Source: Octopus sinensis
Lineage: Eukaryota
NCBI RefSeq assembly: GCF_006345805.1
Contig: NC_043003.1
Location: forward strand, 24,056,001-24,120,000
Direction: 5' to 3'
DNA: 64,000 nucleotides
This document shows positions 13,160-26,309 of the stretch, piece by piece; position 1 is the stretch's first letter, and each line of letters opens with the position of its first letter. The notes under the pieces were generated by a model. That model had not been told where the DNA came from, ran no database searches, and saw nothing but the letters and a program-made list of their open reading frames with translations. The position numbers and the translations under genes were made by a program.

Positions 13160-13572
13160 TTCTTTCTTTCTTTCTTTTACTTGTTTCAGTCATTTTGACT
13201 GCGGCCATGCTGGAGCACCGCCTTTTAGTCGAGCAACTCGACCCCGGGACTCATTCTTTTTGTAAGCCCAGTACTTATTCTATCGGTCTCTTTTTGCCGA
13301 ACCGCTAAGTGACGGGGACGTAAACACACCAGCATCGGTTGTCAAGCAATGCTAGGGGAACAAACACAGACACACAAACACACACACATACATATATATA
13401 CATATATACGACAGGCTTCTTTCAGTTTCCGTCTACCAAATCCACTCACAAGGCATTGGTCGGCCCGGGGCTATAGCAGAAGACACTTGCCCAAGATGCC
13501 ACGCAGTGGGACTGAACCCGGAACCATGTGGTTGGTTAGCAAGCTACTTACCACACAGCCACCCCTGCGCCT
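13160..13572 (-). mobile_element. SINE family A, full length
   Basis: Collinear with 1531-1936. Confidence 0.92.
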
Positions 13573-14333
13573 ATATATATATATGTTTGTATATATGTAT
13601 GTATATATGTATATATATATGAATATATACATACATATTGTTTATTCGTGCATGCATGTATGCAAGTATTTTTTCTATGAATTAATAAGTATGCATTATT
13701 TCGACAGTATGTGAATATGAAAGCAAATATAATGATATTGTTTCCTAACCACTTTTTCGAAACGAAATTCTCTGAAATTGTAATAGCAAATCAATATCTT
13801 AAACTACTTCTGCGTATCGTGTATGCATTTGTATGTATATATATAATTGTGCGTGTATGTGTATGTAGGCACGCGCACGTGTGTGAGTGTGTGAGTTTGC
13901 GTTTATTCATTTTTTTGCGCGTATATTTGTGTGTGCATAAATGTGCGTTTTTCATGTGTGTATCTGTCTACATAGGCATCCTTGTGTTGCATGTGTTAGT
14001 ATTTATTTGTAAGTTTACGCAAATATAGAGTGTAAATGGATGCATATATAAATAATATTGTCTCCGACAATCACTTTTTTAATGTATTTACCTCATATCT
14101 GAAAATGCAATTAAATACACAGATCCACATTATATCACTATGTGAATATTGTATGCAAGTGCATATGCGTCAATAAGCACTGTATTTTGTGAACGCATTT
14201 GCGTTTATAAATAAGTGAAAATGACAGCGTAGATCTCTGAAATATTTGTTTCATAAATAGAATATTCCATAGATAAGCACTCGCTCAAACACGCATACTA
14301 GCGCACTGGTTTGCAGGACGAAGAGAATGATAA

Positions 14334-14337
<4 letters not shown>

Positions 14338-14405
<68 letters not shown>

Positions 14406-14621
14406 ATACACACACACACACATACACACACACACACGCACATACACACACACACATATATATATATAAATATACGGAAAGAGAGAGATAGAGACAGACA
14501 CATCGATAGACAGAGATGGAGAGAGGTAGGTCGGTAGATGGATGAACGTATCAATGGTTACATGTGAAAGAACGTACGCGTAGAAAGCGAGATAAAGACA
14601 TGCATAGAGAGATAAACAGAC

Positions 14622-14680
<59 letters not shown>

Positions 14681-14685
14681 GAAAG
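14338..14685. repeat. (CA)n and (GATA)n microsatellites
   Basis: Direct reading. Confidence 0.9.
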
Positions 14686-15120
14686 AGAGAGACAGAGAGA
14701 TAAGTAGAGACAGACAGAGGTAGAGAGTGAGAGAGAGCGGGAGACAGATAAACGGATAGCTAAATTGATAGATTATATAGTTAAAGAGGCAGAGACAGAC
14801 AGATAGACAGACAGGCAGATACACAGATTGACGGTCCTTGTGCTATAAATGATGGTAAAGAACATAGAAATTCAGTATGTGTAAATTAAACAAATGAAGT
14901 ATTCTGCATTACAATTCCTGTATTTATACGGACATGCCTGGAATATTTCGCTTGTTTCCTTGCCAAAAATGTAATACCACCAATATTTATTGAGAAGTAA
15001 TTATCTAGAGAAGTATGGTGTGACTTTATTGTAAATGAAATGTATTTTTGTTCTTTGCTTACCCAGTAATTATTTTGCGTTACCACTAGGAAGCTAGAAA
15101 ATGATACATACTCAGAAGAT

Positions 15121-15193
<73 letters not shown>

Positions 15194-15410
15194 AATTTAT
15201 TTATCTATCTATCTATCTATTTATCTTTCTATCAATTTAACTTGCTATCTATCTGTTTATCAATCAATCTATATAAAAATATCGACTGCATTTTAAGGCG
15301 TAAGAGAATTTATTCGCTATCCGCCTGGTGTGAAATGAAACAACTGCAAGCCAGTCAAGCGAGACAACTCACATCAGGTCATTGTTTTGACTTGTCAATG
15401 CCTCATATAT

Positions 15411-15464
<54 letters not shown>

Positions 15465-15509
15465 TTGTAGAAAAGGAAAAAAAAGTTGCTAATGTTTTGT
15501 AAATACAAG

Positions 15510-16420
15510 GGATAGTTTTATTCATCAAAGTATGCACCCATATTGTCAATAAACTTTTGTCAGTTAAGCGGTAGCTTGTCCAGCCCAAAACTGTAAAAAC
15601 CTGGCAATCTAGAGTCAATAAAATCTTGGAAGGCCTGTTTTACAGCATCGTCGGAATCACTTACTTTTCCTATCAAAATGTTATCCAAATTCTGGAAGAA
15701 GTCGCAGTGAGTATGGTGGGCGATGGAGAACTTCCCACTCCAACTCCTGTAGTTTCATCGCTGTCATTTTCGCGATGTGTAGTCTGGCGTTGTCTTGCAA
15801 TAAAATAGGAGTGGATCGGTTGACTAATCTAGACTGTATTCTTGTAAATTTCTGCATCATTTAGTGAAGTTGACTGCAGTGTACTTCGGCTGTGATTGAT
15901 GAGTCAGGCTTAATGAAATCACAATGGATCACACCTGCGCCAGACCACTAAACACACACCATCAGCTTTTTTGATGATTTTTGCTTTTTAGACTGTGTTT
16001 TGGCGGCTCGTCTTTGTCTAACCATTGTGCTGAACGTTTACGGTTGTTGTATTGGATCCATTACTCATCACATGTCACAATTCGATTCAAAAATGATTGA
16101 TTTTTGTGACTAGAAAGGAGCATAATGCAGGCTTCAAAACGTTGCTGTTTCTGATTTTCATTGAGTTCATATGGAACCCACTTAACCAAATTTTTCACTT
16201 TACAAATTTGAACTTGGAGAGTCAATATTGTTAGCTTGCTAACACCAAACAGCAACGATAATTCACGGACACTTTGAAATGAATTTGACTCGGCGGTGGT
16301 TTTCGGTTCGTCATTATCCACCTTTGTCCCTGGTCTACCGTGTTGCTCATTTGTGAGGTCAAACTGAACATTTAATTAACATAATTTTACAAACCAATTT
16401 GATACTGTCTATTGTGTAAT
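15510..16420 (-). mobile_element. Decayed mariner-type (DD34D-like) transposase
   Basis: KWVPYELNENQKQQR..AC..LL..SFLNRIVTCDE, LQELEWEVLHRPPYS, GLDKLP..QKFIDNMGAYFDE; several stops. Confidence 0.85.
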
Positions 16421-17098
16421 AACATTACAAAAAAATACTCCATTATTATTCCGAGGTGTCTGTGATGCTGTATTTCCAAGAAAGAACTCATACTTCAAAA
16501 CTGTACGAATTTCCGACTTATTCATCTGTAAACAAAAACAGCAAAAAAAAACACGATTTAAACATACTTCATAAAGCACAAAATGAGTTACGATAAGGAA
16601 ATAGACGTATCAGCTTTCTAATAAAAATTAAGATTTTCAAAATATAATAATGGCGCAAAATGAGCAGCTGTCAAAGTTTACCATATACCTTACTAAAAAT
16701 TTCATACATGACGACCTAATACATATATATGTGTGTGTGTGTGTGTGTATACATATATATGTATATATATGTGTGTGTATAAAGACATATAAACATATAG
16801 CTAGTAATATATGTATATGTCTTTATGCACAGCATTTTAGGCTCACCAGAGTTATTTTTAACGTGTGGTTCTCAAAATTGGCAGGCATGTAAGAAATTAA
16901 AAACAAAACGTATGCTAGCACTGAGGAGCACCTTGTATTAGGCACCCGTACTGTTATCTAACATCCAGTTTAGTACCCCGTGCGAAATCGATTGGTAAAA
17001 CAGAACGTAATAGATACATAACTGCTATACACATTGATTAATAAATCTACACCATTGCGAAATACACGAGTGCATATTTGTTTATTTTTTCTGAATTA

Positions 17099-17515
17099 TA
17101 GGTTTGTAGCTGTGTGGTAGGAAGCTTGCTTTCTAACCACATGGCTCCGGGTTCAGTTCCCCTGCATGGCATTATGAGCAACTCTCTTCTGCTATATATA
17201 GCCTCGCGCCGACCAAATCCTTGTCAGTGGATTTCGTTGACGAAAACTGATAAAAGCCTGTCGTGTATATATTTATGTATATATCTATGTGTGTGTATTT
17301 CTGTACCTGTGTTCGTACTCACACCCTCCCTTCACAGCCGGTGCTGGTGTGTTTACATCCCTGTAATTTAGCATTTCGACAACAGGGTCGATAGGATAAG
17401 TAGTAGGCTTCGAAATACAAGTCCTACGGTCGATTTGCTCGATAAAAGCCCTTCAATGAGGTGTCCCAGTCGACTGAGTGAATCAAGTAAGAGATAAAAG
17501 ATAAAAGATAAAAGA
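17099..17515 (+). mobile_element. SINE family A, diverged
   Basis: Head gctgtgtggtaggaagcttgc, tail (gataaaa)n. Confidence 0.85.
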
Positions 17516-18424
17516 ATATATATGTGCGTGTGTAAGTGGGGGAGGTGACGGTAAAGAGCATAAAAATTCATAGTCTGTGTAAATTAAACGAATGTAGAAA
17601 TATGTATTACCATTCCTGTATTTAGACGGACAGGCCCGAATTATTTCGTTTGTTTCCTTGCCGAAATTGCTTGTGTGTACTGAGAGGTAATTATCTAAAG
17701 AAGTCTGGTATGACTTCATTGTAAATTGAATATAAGTATGTATACATATATGTTTGTATATATGTATGAATATGTGCATGTATACATCTATGTATCTACG
17801 TATGTATGCATATATGTATGTGCATGTGTCTGGTGTATATTTATGAATAGATATTACCGTCTCTGCTGAACGATCTCATGCACGGAGACTTACGTACGCA
17901 TGGACATATTTTCACTCAGACATCATCAAGAAATAGAACTGAACTCTCTATCGAATTAATTTTGGCAAACAATTGTCAGTTGCCATATGACCTCGTTGAC
18001 CTATAATTCTCAACCGCAACCACACTCTAATGTTTTACGGAAAAACTTATTTAGCTCAGTAAAGTGACAAAGGTTGACTGTACTACGCCAGACACGACTA
18101 TTGCAGCATAAAGAATTCGACATTATCACGTTTAAATTAGTGTCCTTCGGAATTTTTTGCGTCAGTTTACATCCGTATTTAAATAAAAGAAGGAAGAAAC
18201 ATATTACTGCTATTTTAGTCAGGGCAGGATAATTAGAATACCGGATGATATGCTTTCTACTATTTATTCCGACCCGCTGTTATCTGGTTCCAGATCACTA
18301 CATATTGGGTTTATTAAACCGACTATCACCCTACCCTATTTGTCTTTGTGGCAATGTCAGAAACGATTGATATTAAATTTTACAGGCACACGCACTCACA
18401 CACACAAACACAGACATCTATCTA

Positions 18425-18485
<61 letters not shown>

Positions 18486-18489
18486 ATCT

Positions 18490-19205
18490 ATTATCTCGGA
18501 ACACCTCCGAGACAACAGACTCGGCAAAGACACCCCGGTCTCGCACCATTTCTGCTCTATCGGTCATTCATTACAACACCTGTCTGTGTTCAGATTGTCC
18601 ATGCACAGGGGCCATCAAGACTCCCATCTTCGCCGTGAGCAGCGATTAATCTTCTCTCTTCGCTCCCTTGCGCCACAAGGGCTCAAATCTTCTCCCCTCT
18701 TCATCTAACTCTCCTCCCCTCTCCTCTCTTCCTCTCACACCTACTTCCTTCCACCCACCTCTCCTCTCTTGCTCTGCCACTCACTCCCCCTCTTCACTCC
18801 TACACCGGCGCACACACTAGCATTGACCACTTCCCAGCACCCACACCATATCCCACATACCTAGATATGCACACACGCACACCTGAAGGTCACCAGCTCC
18901 ATTCTACACGCACATCAACGCTCTCACATACATACGCAGGCGCACCTTGATTTTGGGATCACCACTACTTTATTATCTCCCCTTATTCCTAGCTCTCCTG
19001 TGTGACTCATCTGTCCGGCTTTCGGTATGATAAATCGCTACCCATTAAACCTTTTTTTATTTTCTCTCCCGGTTTATTTCTGTGTTCATTTCTGTTGAAA
19101 AGGGTAGGCTCAAAACATAAAAGATTTTCTCACTTCCCTATCTTTAAGCTAATACATCTGTTTGTTGTTTACACACCCATCTTCGTCCTTTGTTTTTGTA
19201 AATTC
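18490..19205 (+). mobile_element. 3' end of a Penelope-like element: GIY-YIG C-terminal coding segment followed by a pseudo-LTR
   Basis: EHLRDNRLGKDTPVSHHFCSIGHSLQHLSVF...RREQRLIFSLRSLAPQGL (stop at 18708) is the typical PLE C-terminus; the downstream pyrimidine/CA-rich repeat recurs at 36545, 53750 and 63781. Confidence 0.85.
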
Positions 19206-19206
19206 T

Positions 19207-19256
<50 letters not shown>

Positions 19257-19274
19257 ATATATATATATATATTA

Positions 19275-19320
<46 letters not shown>

Positions 19321-19323
<3 letters not shown>

Positions 19324-19745
19324 CTAAGCAATTAAGGGTTTAGCAACGAATTGACTCACCAACACACCGAATTTAGAAATAGCAGTCAAAGAGATATAGC
19401 TATTCCTTCTACTAAAAGGGAGATCTCAGTAAAAACACAGCACTTGAAAGGCAAACACAGACAGGTAAGAAAGAATGAAATGACGGCAATCTATCATACA
19501 ATTTTAAGTTACCTACGGACGTACGTTTCGAAATCAAGTTTTAGGAAAGCATAAGAATTAGAAAATTCTACCTTACCCAAACTTCTGCTATTTCTAAATT
19601 CGGTGTGTTGGTGAGGCAATTCGTTGCTAAACCCTTAATTGCTTAGTATTACTTAAATTTTCCTCGAATGAGGCTTTTACATGCCGAAATCTACTTGGTG
19701 TAATTGATAATTATTCCAAATTAATTAATTTCACTCTTTATTGTT
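19321..19745. mobile_element. Non-autonomous PLE-like repeat with a 5' inversion (65-bp inverted arms); carries the 3' half of the 27452-type HHR on the minus strand
   Basis: 19321-19385 is the reverse complement of 19585-19649; minus strand 19513-19584 reads ...CUAAAACUUGAUUUC-GAAAC-GUAC-GUC-CGUAG; homologous to 27215-27919. Confidence 0.75.
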
Positions 19746-19830
19746 ACTGATAACTATATATATATACATACATATATATCTATATACATATATATATGTA
19801 TATATATATATGTATGTATATATAATATAT

Positions 19831-19880
<50 letters not shown>

Positions 19881-19916
19881 CATATATATCTATCTTCATA
19901 TATATATCTCTATATA

Positions 19917-19961
<45 letters not shown>

Positions 19962-19964
19962 TCT

Positions 19965-20011
<47 letters not shown>

Positions 20012-20029
20012 TATGTATATATAATATAT

Positions 20030-20071
<42 letters not shown>

Positions 20072-20164
20072 ATATACATACATATATATCTATCTTCATA
20101 TATATATCTCTATATATATATGTATATATATATATATATATAATATATATATACATATTCTTAC

Positions 20165-20221
<57 letters not shown>

Positions 20222-20274
20222 AATATATAATATATATACATACATATATATCTATATACATATATATATCTATA

Positions 20275-21235
20275 TAACTTAGAATAACTTAGAAAGGTTT
20301 TGGCCAGTATTGGCCCAGGCCATGTCTAACTTAATAGCACCACCTGGCGAAGTCTTTCAGTTCAGGATTTGGGCACCAAGGCCCATTCGAGCAGAGAGTT
20401 ATTGTTTGCGGAGACATATCCGGGTGTGGGTGGTTTGTCCGGTACTGTTTGAAGGAATTTGTCCAAAGACTTCTTGAATTTTGTGTGGTCAGTTTCTTTT
20501 TTGACGTGTCCTGGTGTAATGTTGAAGAGAGCGGGTCCAATTGAGGTGAAATAGTTGTGCCGTATTGTCGTTATGTGATGCGATTTAGATTTTTGTTGTG
20601 GACGGATGGCACGTGGTCCAAGCCTTGGATGTATTTTGAAGGTGATGCCAACATCATTCGGACAGTGCTGATGGAATATTTTCCACATCATACAGATAAT
20701 GTAGCGTTCACGGCGTCGTTGGAGTGAATACAATTTCAGCTTCTCTAGTCTATCCCAGTAGTCAAGGTCTGACATGCCATCTATCTTTTTTGTGATTGAC
20801 CTTTGGGGAGCTTCAATTCTCATAATATTTTGTTTTGTGTAGGGAGACCACAGTGGACAGCAGTATTCAAGGTGGGGTCGGGCAAAAGTGGAGAAGAGAA
20901 TGATAATAGCGTGGGAATCTCTCGACTGGAAGGTTCTGAGAATCCAGGAACACATTCTGCGGGCCATGTCAACTTTGCTGCTTATATGTGTAGCCCAGCT
21001 TATGTTGTTGTCCACTATTACTCCCAAGTCTCTGATGTTGTTGGATGCCATGAGAATTTCTCCAGAAGGAAGAGAGTATGGGAGTTTCAGAGCGTCCTCC
21101 CTTCCAAAGTGGATCAGTTCGAATTTGTCTTCATTTAGCAACATGTTATCTTTTCCGCCCATTGGACAACAGCCAGTAGGTCTGACTGAAGGTTTCTTGG
21201 GTCATCCACGCCATTGATGACCTTCTGGAGCTTAT
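20275..21235 (-). mobile_element. 5'-truncated CR1-group LINE (RT C-terminal region) with (TCTAAGTTAT)n tail
   Basis: 266-aa ORF: [71 protein letters not shown]; flanked by (TA)n. Confidence 0.9.
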
Positions 21236-21343
21236 GTATATATAAATATATAAATATTATATATATATATATACATACATATATATCTATATTCATATAT
21301 ATATCTATTATATGTATATATATATACATACATATACATATAC

Positions 21344-21448
<105 letters not shown>

Positions 21449-21867
21449 ATATATATATACATAGAATAAACGTCTACATGATATGGAGTTGAAAACGATT
21501 TCAAAGGTTCGATCGGAAAGTTTTCAGCGGACGCTCCGATGAAAGCAGCAGGCCTAGTAGTGTAGACCCTTTTCACATCGACTCTTGTAAAAGTCTAATA
21601 AGCATGTAATCGACATAAACATATCGAATGAATTTCGAATCTTGAGACGAATGGTAAATTGTTTACTGTATATAACTTGTCATAAAAACAAAAGATAGAT
21701 CGATAGATAGATAGATAGAGAGATAGATAGATAGATTGATAGATAAATAGATAGATAGACATAAACAAAGATAGATATGTATACCTATATATACATATAT
21801 GTGTATATATATATATATACATATATATATATTCATTTATATATATATATATACGTTTATATATAAA

Positions 21868-21975
<108 letters not shown>

Positions 21976-22754
21976 TAATGTACATATGTATGTATGTGTA
22001 GCTGATTTGGACAATCCCCGTCTGTAATATCAAAATTCTAGTGTTGCTTTTAGCTATTTTAATCCTTATATATCGTTAATGACTTTTGCAAACACATTAA
22101 ATTGACAAATCTGATGTCTGGTTTTGTTCATCTCCTATCGGTGACGAAAAGATAAAAAAATTAACATTTTTATTGGGTTTTTACGTGGGATAAATTTATT
22201 ATGTATCTTGTTTATAAAATTATATTAGCTTGTGTGAATGGAATGAATGTGAGCGTGGTGTGTGTCTCCGTGTTTATGTCTTTCTATTTCCTTATATATT
22301 TGTCTTTAGTATATTTCTGCGTATATATTCATATATATTATGTTATATGATATTATACGCTATATTCTATTACATTATATTATATTATATTACATTATAT
22401 TACATTATATTATATCATATTTTATCATATTATATTATATTATATATTTCTTGAGTTTGAAATTTAAGATGTATATCGTTGTTGTGTGCGGGGGTGATCT
22501 ATTGCGATATCATCTTTCTTGATATGTTTATTGGCTTTTTTAGTAGTTCGAAAATTAAAGGAAATTCTAAAGACCTTGACTTAGTGGTGTATGACAGGAG
22601 AACTGTAACTCATGGATAATCTATCGTTTAACACGCTAATATTACATACGCAGCAGAACGTCGCCGCTTTTCTTCTAGCCATTCAACATCTTTGGTGATT
22701 AAGGCCCATGTCTCGCTAAAAAAAATGTTATGATAAAGTTTCCTTCTCGAGTTG

Positions 22755-22965
22755 TGCCAATTCAAATGGGCCGGTTTCCTGGTATCCATGGCGGGAGAGG
22801 ACGCTAGTCCATCCCAGGCCTACTCATTTTTGCCAGATGTGTGAACTGGAGCAACATGAAATGAAGTGTTTTGCTCAAGAACACAATGCGTCGTCCGGTC
22901 CAGGAATCGAAACCACAATTTTACTATCAGGTGTCCAGTACCCTTACCACTAGATCTCACTGCTA
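22755..22965 (-). mobile_element. SINE family B, diverged
   Basis: Minus strand gtggtaagggtactggacac...tggtttcgattcctggac...ttgtgttcttgagcaaaacacttcatttc. Confidence 0.75.
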
Positions 22966-23145
22966 TACTATATTTCATTCCTCACGCAAGCCTCATTCAA
23001 TTTGTCCATCAATCTGAAGGAGAGAGAACTTTTTTTATCAGTAAACATTTCCCGTCCCATTTTTATTAAGATTTCAAAGCACTCACCGGCATTAGTATTC
23101 ACATTATTCAGATTCCCTGAATAACAGAAATTATTTCTTAATTCT

Positions 23146-23385
23146 AGTGGAGGCGAGTGGCTTAGTGTTTAGGGTGTCAGCACCGTGATCGTAAGATTGT
23201 GGCTTCGATTCCTGTACTGGGTGACGCGTTGTGTTCTTGGGCAAAACATTTCATTTCACGTTGCTCCAATCCACTCAGCTGGCAAAAATGAGTAACACTG
23301 CGATGAACTGGTGTCCCGTCCAGCTAGGGAAAACCGGGCCCATGAGCCTAGCTAGGCTTTAAAAGGGCGCATTTATTATTTTATT
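23146..23385 (+). mobile_element. SINE family B
   Basis: Collinear with 1996-2240. Confidence 0.85.
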
Positions 23386-23879
23386 TCTTAATTCTAACAA
23401 ATTTTATGGGTATTTAGAAGAATTTACACCTTGTGTCCTGTTATGGATGAACATCCTTAAGCATCTAGCTCCTACTCAGAGCATATTTTCTGCTTATGAT
23501 CCTACAACATATATGTATGTAGAACTATTTCACTGAGTACATTGCACTGAATTTCTTCCAGTGTGTCGAGGCAATCAGAACACCCGTCGTGGCACTGCAA
23601 GCCACAACCTCATATCTGACGCAGCTGCCCATGTCACGCATTACAGCCTTTACAGTGTTCATAGTCCATTGCCCAACAATCACGATACTAGCATTTTGAT
23701 ACCCGCAGCGAATCATCATGATTCAGGCAACTCTTTTCTTATATTCTGATTATTAATAATCCTCGATGTTAGCCTTTCCACAGCTATAATATCAGTCTTT
23801 AACTGTTCTTCAACACATCAACCTGTTTCTCAAAAGGATAAGAAATGTTGTCAAATTGAGCTTGGGCACTTAACATATG

Positions 23880-24525
<646 letters not shown>

Positions 24526-24967
24526 GGGCAAGGAATCAGAGATAGTTATATACAGAAGTAACGAGAGACAAAAACAGAGACACTGATGTAAGGACGCCTC
24601 TGAGACAGAGAAAATGTTTGTAGAATTCTCTTAAATGAAAAGAAAGAACACATGGAATTTTAAAATAGAGTTGCACAGTTTTAGAATCACAGTAGAGAAA
24701 GTCAATCAAAACCAATTCTGAATTCCAAATAAACTCCAGCGAAAATTAGCATGGAACTCAATCAAATTGAAATTCCACTGGGTTGAGCTTGTCAAACGAA
24801 TCTCGCGCAGATTTCAGCAATTCACACATAACGATATAATGAAATAAGATTAAATACGTAACGATTAAAGTCAGAGGAAAATTTCTTAGAATGCGATGGG
24901 TAAATTGTCGCCTATGTTATATTTTTAATTTTGGGCATGCGCATTGTTCGGTTCTGATTTTGACGAC

Positions 24968-25764
24968 CACACTGTATAGTAGAATTAATTAGGCACTGTG
25001 TGTGAGAAAAACAGCCCCATGGCGTAATTCACCCTGCCAGCAATTTGGAAACGACATGCTGTACCGATTGGCATTCGCGCCAGAAGCTCCAATACGAACA
25101 TATCAGAGTGTTTGGGTCTCAATCTGAAGACAGTGCCATCTGAGAACATGTACCGAGAGTGATAAAAATCAAACATCCAGTCAACATCATAGTGTTTGGA
25201 GTAATCACTAGTGCTGGCAACGTTATGCCTCTATTCATCTTCTCACACGACCTCAGACTCAAGACAGAGACCTACATGACGAGCCTGGACGAGGTACTGC
25301 TGCCCTGGGTCAAAAGGGTGGTTGCTGGAAGAACCTATGTCTGGCATCAGGATTCTATACCATGTCACCCAAGCAAGAGAACCCGGTCATGGCTGTCGCA
25401 ATTTCTGCGACCACACCACATCAACCATAATATCTGGCCATGTATCTCCCCAGACTCCTTGATTATTATGTGTGGAGCACAGTGGAGCGAGAGACCAGCA
25501 AAACTCCTTGTAACACCAAAGTGGAACTGAAAGCAAGGATTATGGCAGCATTCACCGACTTAAACAAGAAGAGTTAACTAGAAGAGTTACAGGAGATTCC
25601 GAAGTGGTCTAGAGGCCGTGGTTGAAGCGAATGGTGTTTTTATTTACTCTTTAGTATTTCAAGATATTTTTATGTAATTTTGGTAAATATATCTGTTAAA
25701 ATGAGATGTCAGGGTTATTTTCATTTTTGTGTAACTTAGACGAAAATTTATTCCCCGCACCCGT
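24968..25764 (+). mobile_element. Internally deleted Tc1/mariner element of DD37D (maT)-like type
   Basis: HPVNIIVFGVITSAGNVMPLFIF...LLPWVKRVVAGRTYVWHQDS.PCH...WP.ISPD/LDYYVWSTVERET; the N-terminal KRHAV..GIRA segment is joined directly to the catalytic region. Confidence 0.8.
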
Positions 25765-26062
25765 TATTTATGTAGGAATGTGTTTGTTTAAATTTTTACA
25801 GAATGTCTGTATAATAGATATATAGAATTAGGTACAGAGTTGCTTAATATGAGTGGAATGTCCTTTTCAATTCTATATTTCTTTTTCAGGATAAGAATTC
25901 TGATTCTATGTTCTTTTTCCACAAATATTTTCTATGATAAAATAATTATTCCTAATTTCAGACAGTTATTATATAGAAATGAAAGGATTATTCTTTTTAT
26001 ATTAAGCATATGTATACCTGTATCAATAAGTGTGCGCGCGTATGTGTGTGTATGTGTGACTA

Positions 26063-26119
<57 letters not shown>

Positions 26120-26174
26120 CGTGTGAGTGTATATGTATATATGTATGCATATATTTATGTAAAACTATCTAGTC

Positions 26175-26241
<67 letters not shown>

Positions 26242-26309
26242 CGTGTGTATGTGTATTATGTATATATGTGTATATAAATACGTTCGTATAAATAGATAGA
26301 GAGATACAT

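Noticed and set aside
19660-19705. CUCGAAUGA-GGC...GCC-GAAA motif (also at about 27757-27790) as a second HHR
   Set aside because: The core is not CUGANGA, stem I cannot be formed, and the 27.7-kb copy has GAAG.
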